From positions 6,078 through 70,077 of the forward strand of contig CAZVIA010000005.1 of the NCBI GenBank assembly GCA_964627525.1: a stretch of DNA of 64,000 nucleotides. The letters run 5' to 3'. Source of the stretch: an uncultured Gammaproteobacteria bacterium. GTDB taxonomy: Bacteria > Patescibacteriota > Patescibacteriia > Magasanikbacterales > JBBTQS01. Below the pieces are notes generated by a model that worked only from the letters and a program-made list of their open reading frames with translations, was not told the origin of the DNA and searched no databases. A program made the position numbers and the translations under genes. Below are positions 1 through 9,938 of the stretch, piece by piece; the first letter of the stretch is position 1, and each line of letters opens with the position of its first letter.

Positions 1-326
1 ATCTGCTCAAACTTACCTTCCTCATCTATTCTGACAACTTGCTGCCTAACCGCACGCTTCCTATATAAATCAATTACTAGGTTACGCGCTATTCTATATA
101 TAACAGCTCTAAAACTTCTTATGTCAGTATGTTCTGTAAGGTAATGCCATGCTTTTAAAAACGCATCAGCAGTTAAATCTTCAGCATCTTCATGAACACT
201 TACCTTAAAATAAACAAACCTGTAAATCGATGTTACATATATATCATAAAGTTCTGCGTATGCTTGTGGATCCTTTTTAGACTGAACTTTATATAAAAGG
301 TAATTTTCACGAATTTTGTCCTTCAT
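1..326 (-). CDS. ECF-type RNA polymerase sigma factor (truncated by window edge)
   Basis: Manual translation from ATG at 326 gives MKDKIRENYLLYKVQSKKDPQAYAELYDIYVTSIYRFVYFKVSVHEDAEDLTADAFLKAW...IYRIARNLVIDLYRK, a sigma-70 region 2 signature. Confidence 0.85.
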   Translation of the reverse strand, partial: MKDKIRENYLLYKVQSKKDPQAYAELYDIYVTSIYRFVYFKVSVHEDAEDLTADAFLKAWHYLTEHTDIRSFRAVIYRIARNLVIDLYRKRAVRQQVVRIDEEGKFEQ

Positions 327-510
327 CTAAGTAGACGTATTAAAATCAAAAACGTTACAGTTTGGTTAAAAACTTTTACAAAAATGGTGTGGTGTGTGGG
401 TGGAATTCTCTATTTATTTAAGAGCGACGTTATCCACCCACACACCTTTTGTACTGATATATGACCAGAACCTCTGAACTGTTCTACGCACTCGATATCT
501 GGTCACACAT

Positions 511-651
511 CATTTTGTATACACTAGTCTATACAAAATGAGCAAAAAAGTCAAGTCTTAAAAAAATTTCAACTGATTTCACAAAATTCTGCTTGACACA
601 GCAAAAATCCTGTGTTTTACTTAAATTGTATACACTAGTCTATACAAAATG
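511..651. promoter_or_regulatory. Divergent promoter region with two copies of a palindromic operator-like sequence
   Basis: TTGTATACACTAGTCTATACAAAATG occurs at 515-540 and 626-651; TTGACA at 593-598 (+) and TTGACT near 549-554 (-). Confidence 0.6.
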
Positions 652-957
652 ACTGAAAATGAACAAAAAATCAATATTGAGCAAAAACAAATTGTTAGAG
701 TGTCTGTTTCTGAAGCTGCAAGGCTTTTTGGAGTAAGCCAACAATCTGTACGTAGAGCTTTAAAAGACAATGAATTAAACTATATTGTAGTTTCAGAAAG
801 ATATAAAATTAGCTTTGAATCTTTAGTAAAATGGAGTCAGCAAAAATCTCATCGCAAAAAACAACTTGATAACACTGGAATTGGGCAATATGTTTCTAAA
901 TGGAAAATTAAAAACAAATTATACAGCCCAAGCAAAAAACTAGTTCGCAAAAAATAA
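649..957 (+). CDS. Helix-turn-helix (excisionase/HTH_17-like) DNA-binding protein
   Basis: VSVSEAARLFGVSQQSVRRALK HTH motif. Confidence 0.75.
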   Translation: MTENEQKINIEQKQIVRVSVSEAARLFGVSQQSVRRALKDNELNYIVVSERYKISFESLVKWSQQKSHRKKQLDNTGIGQYVSKWKIKNKLYSPSKKLVRKK

Positions 958-961
958 TTTT

Positions 962-2716
962 ATGTTTAAGAAACTATACCACAAAAAATACCATGGTTGG
1001 TATCGCAACGCCAAAAAATTATTTATTTTTGATTTAATACTACTTGGCCTAATAATCTTAACTGCTGGAACTGCAGTGTTTTTTTATTTTTATGGCTTGC
1101 CAGTTACAAGCAAAATTGACCTAACAATAACAACTCAAGCAACACACATAAACGGAGCTAATCTCCCAATCACAATTTCATATCAAAACAACAGCGACGC
1201 AATTCTTGAAAATGTTTTATTAAGTGTGCTTTTGCCAAATGGTTTTATTTTAGATAAAAATTCGGATGAAAGCCCGGACAAGAACACCGACGAAAGCCCC
1301 AACCCTGAAAACCAAAATCTAGACAAAAACAACTCAATCACAATTCCTGATCTAGCTCCAGGTGCAAATGCAAATTTAACAATAAGTGGACAATTTTTTT
1401 CAGACATAAAAAACAAAAACCAAATCATTGCTTCGCTATCATACAGACAACAAACTCGCTCTGTTCGCGAAACCAAATCTAGTGTTTTTCATTTAGCAAA
1501 TCCTGAACAGAATCCTGAACAGAATATTTTTTCTTTAAATATTCAGCCAGAACAAGCAATAATTTTCACACAACAACAAACTAAGACAAAAATCACTTTA
1601 TGTGACATTGATTCTGAATTTGATTTACCTGATACAATCCTTAAATTTACACACAAAAATCTAAAAACAAACAAAGATATAGTGTTAATTAAAGCAACTC
1701 AAAAACAACAATGTGAAATTGTTGAAATAAAAATTGAGCCACAAAATGACAAAAACGATGAAACCCAACTAATAGCAGAATTGATTTTTGAAAATAATGG
1801 AAAACCTGTCACAATAGCTCAAACATCAGCAGAAATTTTTATAAAAAATCCTAAGCCAAATTTTAGCTTAACACCTAAAACAAAAGTTTTTACACCAAAT
1901 ACTGACATTGATTTTGAACTAAAAATCACAAATACAGCAGACCAGCGAATAAATAATATAGGTGTTTTTATTCAGCCTGAAAATATTTGGCAAGAAAATC
2001 CAAACATTACATATAATGCTCATCCAGAACTACGGAGCATTACCCCAAATCAAACAGTCACAATTCCAATTGTTTTGAAAAGCAAAAACATCACTAGTCC
2101 GCAGACTAATGAAATAAACATCATCCCAAAAATAATTTTTGATTTTGATGCTTTGTCAGAGCCAGAAGTAAAATTAGAATATGCTGGAGAACCAATTATA
2201 ATGAAACTTCCAGCAAAACCGATTATTTTGGCAAATGCAAGATATTTTTCACCATTTGGCGATCAAATTGGGCGAGGTCCTATTCCGCCTATAGTTGGCC
2301 AAACAACAAAGTATTGGGTTTTTATAAATACACAATCACAATTTAGTAATACAAAAGACGCTGTGCTAAAAATGCAAACAGCGCCTAATGTAATTTTTAC
2401 TAATAAGTACAGCATGACTACAGGAAGTATTGCTTCACCAACAGAAAAAAATAGAATTTGGTATGTTGGAGACTTATCCACAGGCCGTGCTGAAGGTTTT
2501 TATATAGAAGTAGAGTTTACACCTGACCAAAATCAAGTTGGCAAGCATGTGAATTTGATTGAGACAATTGAGTTGAGCGGAAAAGATGTGGCAACAGGAT
2601 CTGATTTACAAATTAATCATCCAAAAATTACCTCGAAGTTAGAGCAAGATACTTATGCTCAAGATTTGGCGACTGAAGTGCAAGCTCTTCCTCATACACC
2701 AACATCAACTTTGTAG
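962..2716 (+). CDS. Membrane-anchored Ig-like (DUF11-like) domain protein
   Basis: N-terminal TM, ISYQNNS...LPNGF...DLAPG pattern, GPIPPIVGQTTKYWV motif. Confidence 0.6.
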   Translation: MFKKLYHKKYHGWYRNAKKLFIFDLILLGLIILTAGTAVFFYFYGLPVTSKIDLTITTQATHINGANLPITISYQNNSDAILENVLLSVLLPNGFILDKNSDESPDKNTDESPNPENQNLDKNNSITIPDLAPGANANLTISGQFFSDIKNKNQIIASLSYRQQTRSVRETKSSVFHLANPEQNPEQNIFSLNIQPEQAIIFTQQQTKTKITLCDIDSEFDLPDTILKFTHKNLKTNKDIVLIKATQKQQCEIVEIKIEPQNDKNDETQLIAELIFENNGKPVTIAQTSAEIFIKNPKPNFSLTPKTKVFTPNTDIDFELKITNTADQRINNIGVFIQPENIWQENPNITYNAHPELRSITPNQTVTIPIVLKSKNITSPQTNEINIIPKIIFDFDALSEPEVKLEYAGEPIIMKLPAKPIILANARYFSPFGDQIGRGPIPPIVGQTTKYWVFINTQSQFSNTKDAVLKMQTAPNVIFTNKYSMTTGSIASPTEKNRIWYVGDLSTGRAEGFYIEVEFTPDQNQVGKHVNLIETIELSGKDVATGSDLQINHPKITSKLEQDTYAQDLATEVQALPHTPTSTL

Positions 2717-3839
2717 CAACGCGATCCCAAGAATATTGATTTGCAACAAACTCTTGTGCTTGTTTTGATTTTTTTGAAACAAAATTTTTGTCCAAAGCAA
2801 GGCGTACAATAGCTTTTTCAAGCTCACTTAAATCCCCTACAGGAAATAGCAAATGTTCATCATGAACAACTTCCATGTGTGGCTGAATTGCTGAAACCAA
2901 CACAGCGGTTTTTTGCGCCATAATTTCAAGCACACTCATTGGCAAACCTTCTGCATGAGATGCATGAATTCCAAGATACGCCTGACGCATCAATGCTTGC
3001 AAAGTTTGGCCCGCTTGATATCCAGTGAAAACAATATTTTTGTCCGTAAGACTCATTGTTTTTAGCATTTTAAAATATGTGTTTGTAAAACTTCCAGCAC
3101 CAACAATAGCCAACTTCATATTTTGAAAAGCTTCTGGATTAGCTTTTTTCGCACGTTTAAATCCAGCAATAACTTCATGCACACCTTTGTGTTGCACAAG
3201 ACGAGTAACTACAACAAAATATTTGTTTGGCTCAAGATCAAACTGCTTAATCAATGTAGCATCAAATTCATCACTAGTTTGTGTTGGAATTGTTGCACCA
3301 TTTGGCAAATAAACAGCTTTTGTTCCAAACTTTTCTTTAATATATTGAACAATCATAAATGAACTTGCCAAAACAGCATGTGAAAAACTCACTGCAGTGT
3401 ATTCACCCATGCGAAGTGCTAGACGAGCAAACCATCCCCATTTTGCATGTTCACGATCAATTGATTGAAAACTTGTGATAATTTTTGTGCGCGGATTAAA
3501 AATTCTTGGAATCCAAGACATTAACGATGGGCCAACTCCATGATAATGAATAATATTGTACTTTTGAAAAAGTGCATGAATTGTAGACAAAAATGTGTGA
3601 ACAATTGCATCCAAATGTTTTGTGTTAATTGTTGGGATTTTTTTGATAGTCATCCCTTTATAATTTGTTTTTTGAATTTTTGTATACCAAGGACGGCTAT
3701 ACACAGTAACCTTATATCCAGCTTCAGCCAAACGAGAGCCCAATTCATCAACAGAACGTTCAACACCACCAAAAATAGCAGGCACTCCTTTTTGCCCGAT
3801 CATTGCTATTTTTATAGTTTTGTTTTTAGTGTAATTCAT
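2628..3839 (-). CDS. Glycosyltransferase family 4
   Basis: IAMIGQKGVPAIFGGVE start; RLVQHKG; EGLPMSVLE (EX7E). Confidence 0.9.
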   Translation of the reverse strand: MNYTKNKTIKIAMIGQKGVPAIFGGVERSVDELGSRLAEAGYKVTVYSRPWYTKIQKTNYKGMTIKKIPTINTKHLDAIVHTFLSTIHALFQKYNIIHYHGVGPSLMSWIPRIFNPRTKIITSFQSIDREHAKWGWFARLALRMGEYTAVSFSHAVLASSFMIVQYIKEKFGTKAVYLPNGATIPTQTSDEFDATLIKQFDLEPNKYFVVVTRLVQHKGVHEVIAGFKRAKKANPEAFQNMKLAIVGAGSFTNTYFKMLKTMSLTDKNIVFTGYQAGQTLQALMRQAYLGIHASHAEGLPMSVLEIMAQKTAVLVSAIQPHMEVVHDEHLLFPVGDLSELEKAIVRLALDKNFVSKKSKQAQEFVANQYSWDRVATKLMLVYEEELALQSPNLEHKYLALTSR

Positions 3840-4103
3840 ATATAAAACACGCTAAATTAGCCAATAATTTAACTCTACATAATAGCATATTTATACGATT
3901 TTGTCAACTCACTGTGTTCGTTGTCAGCTAGGTTTTTTGATAAGGGTTGGGTTGTGATTTTTTGACTAAAATTAGGGAAAAATTAAAGTTTGCGAAAAAA
4001 CAAAAATAGACAATAATTGACTATATTGCCATAATATACTAAGATACTCATCTGCCATCAGGGCAGATTCTGCAACTTTAACAACCAGAGGAGGTGTACT
4101 CAA

Positions 4104-5096
4104 ATGAGTACAAAAATGCAAAAAGTTGGAGCTTCTTGTTTTGTTGGTGGGATGCTTACACTCCTTTCACTGATCATCTTGGTTCCTAGCTTGCACTGGA
4201 TCGGCATGATCATTTGTGCAGTTGGTGGAGCCTTGTTTGGTTACATGTTCCATGATTTCAAAGCTGTTCTCAGAGCGATTCCGATTGCTTGGCACTATGC
4301 TGTTACTCAGCTTCACAAAGATGCATTCAGCGTGATCTTGTTTGCGATCTGTGTTGTTCCACACTTCGCATACTTGGGAATCCAATGGCTAGCAAGCAAG
4401 CCTCGACCTCGGTGGATGATTCACTCATTTGCTGGGTGTGTACTAATGTTGCTGTTTTTCTTTTACGACAGTGATTATGAAAGAAGTTATCTGTCTCTTA
4501 CAGGTAGTGCATTCCTAGTTTGGCTTGTTTCATCTATTGTCTGGTGGATATTCCTTGATTTCTTCATTGTGGGTGTCCTCTTGTTTGGGGTGACAGACGA
4601 TATGCTTGGTGATTCAGTTAACAGCTACTGGGAGAGAAAGGCAAATATCGACCTGTCTGATGTGGGGGAATTTACTTTTGAGATCTTTGGTGAAATCAAG
4701 TGGAAACATGCTTTGCAACTTTATGCAGTAGCACTGCTGAACATTGTGTTTGTGCAGTTACACCCAATATGTGCATTCATCTACTTTGTGGGTTGTGCTC
4801 TGTGGATAATCACCAAGCTTGGTTTCAGCTTCGCCTGGAAACTATTTGATCTGATTCACTCAAACGAGCGGATTGTGGTTGCAGTAGACACTCCGCTTGG
4901 TGCATTTCTCACGTACGGTTTGATTCGGGCTTTTGCTGGAGATCCAATCTTGATGCAACCGTGGATTCAACTCTTACTCTGCTTTGCTGGCGGTCTTGCT
5001 TCTGCTGGCTTGGGCATGCTCAACTACAAGCTCATGCAAAACATCCACTGGATCAAGAACTGGATTAGAGACATGGAATTCAACTTCACAGACTAG
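4104..5096 (+). CDS. Hypothetical multi-pass membrane protein (solitary accessory gene)
   Basis: Many hydrophobic segments; strong SD GAGGAGGT; downstream hairpin 5125-5156. Confidence 0.7.
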   Translation: MSTKMQKVGASCFVGGMLTLLSLIILVPSLHWIGMIICAVGGALFGYMFHDFKAVLRAIPIAWHYAVTQLHKDAFSVILFAICVVPHFAYLGIQWLASKPRPRWMIHSFAGCVLMLLFFFYDSDYERSYLSLTGSAFLVWLVSSIVWWIFLDFFIVGVLLFGVTDDMLGDSVNSYWERKANIDLSDVGEFTFEIFGEIKWKHALQLYAVALLNIVFVQLHPICAFIYFVGCALWIITKLGFSFAWKLFDLIHSNERIVVAVDTPLGAFLTYGLIRAFAGDPILMQPWIQLLLCFAGGLASAGLGMLNYKLMQNIHWIKNWIRDMEFNFTD

Positions 5097-5223
5097 GGCT
5101 GAACAGCTCGGTCCGCAACAAACAAAGAACTATATGATTAACTTCATGTGGTTTTTTGATATATAAAAAGTTGACTTCTTATATTATTAAGTGATATATT
5201 TATCTAATTTTTACCTCAAAAAA

Positions 5224-5446
5224 ATGGATAAAAAAGAATTTAAAAAGTTTTTGCAGAAAAAAAGATTGTGGTACAAAAAAATCAAAAAAGGAGTTACACT
5301 TTTGGTCAATTCAAAATACGACCTTTAACAAAAATGTAGAAATAAAAGTAGTGCTCAAAAAAATAGGTAATGGAAAAATAATATTTTTTAGTGTAATGAA
5401 AATGGATAAAAAACAAAATAACCGCCACAATGGACAGTTATTTTGA
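5224..5446 (+). pseudogene. Fragmented small ORF, possibly a RelE/barnase-like nuclease remnant
   Basis: A 34-codon frame MDKKEFKKFLQKKRLWYKKIKK... overlaps a second frame HFWSIQN...IKVVLKKIGNGKIIFFSVMK; this looks like the two ends of one protein after an internal deletion. Confidence 0.35.
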
Positions 5447-5510
5447 TGTACCTACTTTCTGCTTAGGAATAAATTCCATGGCTGAATAAAGCTTTCGCTT
5501 CATAGGTACA
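5415..5510 (-). ncRNA. Candidate small RNA
   Basis: TTGACA-N17-TATATT promoter (5544-5516), GTACCTA/TAGGTAC closing stem, terminator-like hairpin 5415-5444, no ORF. Confidence 0.4.
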
Positions 5511-5612
5511 AATGAAATATAATACACTCGTTTGAGCTTGTCAAATTGGCTGGGGCGGTCGAGCGTGCCGATGGAGGTATGTAGTTGACAATATTAACAA
5601 ACAAGATTTGTG

Positions 5613-7640
5613 TTATCTAAAAAAACTAGCCGTAAAAACATCAGCACCTAACACCAAAATCTCATCTTTTCCATCTCCATCTAAATCATCTCCAGCAACA
5701 TATACACCATTGCGCTGACCAGAAAAAGCTTTAAAACCCTCCCCTATTTTTTCACCAGAAGAATTAAAAACAAAAATTTCAGTATTAACTCCAGGTCCAG
5801 GACCAGTCACAATTTCCACTATCCCATCTCCATCAACATCAGCTGCAGCAACCCTAACACCTCCGCGCATTGATTTTTGATAAGGGAAAAAACCTGGGTC
5901 AAGCAACCGACCATCTGCTGAAAAAATCTGAACATGGGGCCCACCACCAACACCAGCCCCAACAATAATTTCATTTAAACCATTTCCATTTGTATCTCCA
6001 ATCGTAATATTCACACCTCCACGAAACTTTGGATGAAAAGCAAAAAAACCACCATTCAACAATCGACCATGCGCAGAAAAAACTCGCACATGAGGCCCAC
6101 CACCATCCCGAGTTCCAGTAATAATTTCTTTTGTAGAACTTCCAGTCACCTGACCAACTGCAATTGTAACCCCACCAGTATAAGTTTCAGCATAAGCTGC
6201 AAACTTTGCGCGCAACTCCCCTGTCTCTTCGTACACATAAACATAAGTTTTATCTGAAACAATTTTTTCCACTTTACCATCACCTTCTAAATCTGCAAAC
6301 AAAACTTGCATTCCTCCCCTAACTTTTGGATCATAAGCAAAAAAACCATTGCGCACCACTTCCCCATTTTTATTAAAAACACGCGCAAACGCACCATTAT
6401 CAAAAGCTGTCCCAAAAAACTTTTCAACCCGACGCATTAAAATCCGTCCATCTTTTGCAGGCACAACTAAAGACGAAACAATCCTGCCAGAATTTGCAGA
6501 AGAATCTTGCTTACCATGAATTTGCTCAAACTCTCCATCAAAAACAATAGTCTTTGAAGAAGAAGCAGTATTCACAACAACAGTTCCATGACTAAAATCA
6601 CGACGCCACACTTCCCCAACTTGATATGGTTCAGATTTTGCCTCACCCAAAAAAGTTTCATACTCATCATACCACCAAATTTGCGTATGATTTTGATCTC
6701 CATCATCAAAAGAATAAAAACCATCACCCATCAACGCACTTGCCAAACCATAACGCATCATTTGATAATCATTTGACTTAATTACATTATTTGTATTGCT
6801 ATTTATAATTGAAGTATTTGGCTGTACACCCTTGTTTTGAAAATCCAAATATTGCGTTATTGTCTGCTTCCAACCATATCGCGGAAAATTTTCATACATT
6901 ATTCCATTCAATTCCGTAAAATCAGAATCACCATTTCCAATTAAAACAATTTTGTTTTTAGCTAAAGCGCGAGTTTTTTTAAACAATTTTTTCATGTGTT
7001 TTTGCCATTCAGCATTTACAAAACCTTCTGTGTCGCGCTTCCCATCTAAATTTATATCAACATCAGACCCAGCAAAATAAGTTATGTTTTGCCAAGAGTT
7101 ATCATAAAAAATTCCATCCCAATTTTTTGTAGATAAAATTTCATTTACAACATGTTCAGCTGTGTAATCTGCTGTGCGAGAAACATTTAATAAATAAGTT
7201 CCTGGCCACCAACTTAATTTTTGGCCTGCACTATTTTTTAAATACCAAGATTCTGGAGTTTCCAAATAACGCTTATAACGCAAAGGACTTATTTGCGATA
7301 AAGTTTTTGCATCCTGACGAATATCTTGTGAAGTTATGTAAGCTAAAATCGTAATATCGGGATTTAACTGACGCATTAATTTTATTGACTCAGGCGTGCG
7401 CTCTTGAACTTCAGCATCCAAAACAACCAAATCCCATTTTGCCAACTCACGCGCTTTTGCTTTATCAACTGTCCAAGCCAAATAATAATTTGCACGTTTA
7501 GGAAAATTATTTTTAATTTTTGCTGTAAAAACTTTTTGCGCACACAAATTAAAAACAAAAAAACCTGCTACCAAAAAAATCAGCAACAAAATTTTGTATT
7601 TTTTTAAATTTTTAATTTTTATTAAGGGAGACGGATTCAT
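5613..7640 (-). CDS. Putative glycoside hydrolase (TIM-barrel) with C-terminal FG-GAP-like repeats
   Basis: LAKWDLVVLD, WDGIFYDN, WWYDEY motifs; repeated GD.NG.G..EI..G...GGGPHV.IF units. Confidence 0.7.
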   Translation of the reverse strand: MNPSPLIKIKNLKKYKILLLIFLVAGFFVFNLCAQKVFTAKIKNNFPKRANYYLAWTVDKAKARELAKWDLVVLDAEVQERTPESIKLMRQLNPDITILAYITSQDIRQDAKTLSQISPLRYKRYLETPESWYLKNSAGQKLSWWPGTYLLNVSRTADYTAEHVVNEILSTKNWDGIFYDNSWQNITYFAGSDVDINLDGKRDTEGFVNAEWQKHMKKLFKKTRALAKNKIVLIGNGDSDFTELNGIMYENFPRYGWKQTITQYLDFQNKGVQPNTSIINSNTNNVIKSNDYQMMRYGLASALMGDGFYSFDDGDQNHTQIWWYDEYETFLGEAKSEPYQVGEVWRRDFSHGTVVVNTASSSKTIVFDGEFEQIHGKQDSSANSGRIVSSLVVPAKDGRILMRRVEKFFGTAFDNGAFARVFNKNGEVVRNGFFAYDPKVRGGMQVLFADLEGDGKVEKIVSDKTYVYVYEETGELRAKFAAYAETYTGGVTIAVGQVTGSSTKEIITGTRDGGGPHVRVFSAHGRLLNGGFFAFHPKFRGGVNITIGDTNGNGLNEIIVGAGVGGGPHVQIFSADGRLLDPGFFPYQKSMRGGVRVAAADVDGDGIVEIVTGPGPGVNTEIFVFNSSGEKIGEGFKAFSGQRNGVYVAGDDLDGDGKDEILVLGADVFTASFFR

Positions 7641-8778
7641 AAATCTGCATTACCCCCTTATAATGTTTTTTTAAATTAAGATTTTGCACAACCCATTCAC
7701 GCGCAGCCAAGCCAATTTCATCGCGTTGCTGTGACGGTATATTATACACATGCTGCAAAGTATCTGCAAGTGCATGAGCATCTTTTGGTGTAAATAAAAA
7801 TCCTGTTTTATTTTGATTAATTTGTTCTGGAATTCCACCAATTCGCGATGCAACAACAATTTTTCCCATAGACATTGCTTCAACAACGGAAAATGGAAAA
7901 TTTTCAAACCATTCTGAAGGCACCACAACCACAGCTGCATTAGCTAAAAACTTACGCAATTTTGGCTTACTTAAAAATCCCACAAACTCAATATGATTTA
8001 AAGACCGGTGGCGCACATATTGTTTTAAGTGAGATTCTACTGGACCAGTTCCAGCAATTTTCAAATTAATATTATGTAAATGCGCCGCAGCTTTCATTAA
8101 AGTCATTAAACCTTTTTCATGAGACAACCGACCCGCATACGCAATATAACCTTCATCACCAGACTCATATTTCCAATTATCTGAATCTAACATGTACGGC
8201 AAATGCTGAAATTTAGATTTAGGCCAACCAGCTTTTACACAAAAATCTTTTATAAAATTACTTGGCGCAATAAATTTATCAACTTTGTCATAACTTTTCA
8301 AAACCTTGTGCAACATTTTTTCTAAACCACCCAAAGCTTTTTCAGAAAAACTTCTGCGACTCACCAAAGTATAATCAGAAGAAACTAATTTATAATCATG
8401 CAAACTCATCACAACCGGAATTTTGTGTTTTTTCAAAGTGTGTAAAATTGCTGGACTAAGATGATGGTAAATATTATGTAAATGTGCAACATCAAAAGGT
8501 CCGTGATCTAAAATTAATTTTTCTAGTTTTTGTTGGGCATTTTTTGAATACAAAAAATGCCCAACTTTTTTTACCTTCTTAGTAAAACCATCTTTTTTCC
8601 GAAAATCAATTTCATCAATAAAATATTTTTCAAATTTTGTTTTCAAATTTTCTGGATGCTTCATTGAAAAAGGAACAACTTCGTTACCATAAGTTTTTAA
8701 CAATTTTTCTAATTCCAAAAAATAAGTGCTTGCACCGTCACGATAAAAATAATTTTTATGTACATTCAAAATTTTCAT
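7612..8778 (-). CDS. Glycosyltransferase family 4
   Basis: GRLSHEKG; PSEWFENFPFSVVEAM. Confidence 0.9.
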   Translation of the reverse strand: MKILNVHKNYFYRDGASTYFLELEKLLKTYGNEVVPFSMKHPENLKTKFEKYFIDEIDFRKKDGFTKKVKKVGHFLYSKNAQQKLEKLILDHGPFDVAHLHNIYHHLSPAILHTLKKHKIPVVMSLHDYKLVSSDYTLVSRRSFSEKALGGLEKMLHKVLKSYDKVDKFIAPSNFIKDFCVKAGWPKSKFQHLPYMLDSDNWKYESGDEGYIAYAGRLSHEKGLMTLMKAAAHLHNINLKIAGTGPVESHLKQYVRHRSLNHIEFVGFLSKPKLRKFLANAAVVVVPSEWFENFPFSVVEAMSMGKIVVASRIGGIPEQINQNKTGFLFTPKDAHALADTLQHVYNIPSQQRDEIGLAAREWVVQNLNLKKHYKGVMQIYESVSLNKN

Positions 8779-8798
8779 TTTAAATTTTCATTTTACTT

Positions 8799-9938
8799 TT
8801 ACTTTTTATCTTCTAACAAACTTAAATACAACAACTGATATTTTTTCACAATATTTTTTACATCAAAATTCTGCAAAGCATATTCACGCGCATTTTGACC
8901 AACCTTTAAAGTAGACACAGGATCTAACATCACATAACGCAATTGTTCTGCCAACATATTTGTATCTTCTGACTCAAACATAAAACCAGTTTTCCCCTGA
9001 TCAACCAACTCCACAATACCACCAACTTTTGAAACAATCACTGGCTTTGCCGCAGCCATTGCTTCCATAATCACAATCCCCTGACCTTCCCACCGCGAAG
9101 CCAAAACAAAAGCATGATGATCTTGCAAAACCTTGGGAATCTCATCAGTTGTCCCATAAAAACTTACCTTTTCCTTTAACCCCAACATCTGCACCTGGTC
9201 TTCTAAATCCCCTAACAGCGAACCATTTCCAACAACAGTTAGCTCCCATGGCAAATCACGAATTTTTGCAAAAGCACTAAACAACACATCAAAACCTTTT
9301 TGCTTTTCTAAACGACCAATACTTACAAATCTCACAACTTTAGTTTTTTCAAACGACACTGATTTTAATTTTACAAAATTTTCCACATCAACCCCATTTG
9401 AAATCAAAATCATTTTTGCATCATCAACACCTTCAATTTTATTTGCATATCTTTTTACTGCTTGTGAAATTACAATTATACAATTTGAAAACTTTGCCAG
9501 CACACCTTTAACTTTATGGCGAAACCAAGATTCATCAAACCAAGTATTATGTTCTGTTGAAACTATTACTGGCACGCGCGCAAACCACGCAGCTATTTTT
9601 CCCCAAGCATCAGCTCCAAACAAATGTGTGTGCACAACATCTGGTTTTTCTTTTAAAAATAATCTCCACAATTTAAAAACCATTTCCAATCCCCACCAAG
9701 ATTTTTTTTCTAAAGCAATGTAACGAACACCTGAATCAATTATTTCATCTTCAAAACCACCACCACGCACCAAAGAAACTACAATCAATTCAATTTTCTC
9801 GCGATCATGATAGCGCGCAAAATCAACCAACAATCTTTCTGCACCACCAAATTGTAAAGTTGGAATGCAGTGGATTACTTTGATTTTGCTTTGCTCTGAA
9901 TTTTTTTCTTGCTCTTGTATTTTTTCTTGTTCTCCCAT
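8799..9938 (-). CDS. Glycosyltransferase family 4
   Basis: GGAER, GRLEKQKG, SRWEGQGIVIMEAM; likely start ATG at 9938. Confidence 0.9.
   Translation of the reverse strand: MGEQEKIQEQEKNSEQSKIKVIHCIPTLQFGGAERLLVDFARYHDREKIELIVVSLVRGGGFEDEIIDSGVRYIALEKKSWWGLEMVFKLWRLFLKEKPDVVHTHLFGADAWGKIAAWFARVPVIVSTEHNTWFDESWFRHKVKGVLAKFSNCIIVISQAVKRYANKIEGVDDAKMILISNGVDVENFVKLKSVSFEKTKVVRFVSIGRLEKQKGFDVLFSAFAKIRDLPWELTVVGNGSLLGDLEDQVQMLGLKEKVSFYGTTDEIPKVLQDHHAFVLASRWEGQGIVIMEAMAAAKPVIVSKVGGIVELVDQGKTGFMFESEDTNMLAEQLRYVMLDPVSTLKVGQNAREYALQNFDVKNIVKKYQLLYLSLLEDKK

Noticed and set aside
649-957. Prophage excisionase
   Set aside because: No integrase or phage genes nearby; better explained as a regulator
2628-2716. 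Convergent overlap between two genes (also rplT/MFS at 23129-23166)
   Set aside because: Common in compact genomes; no added signal
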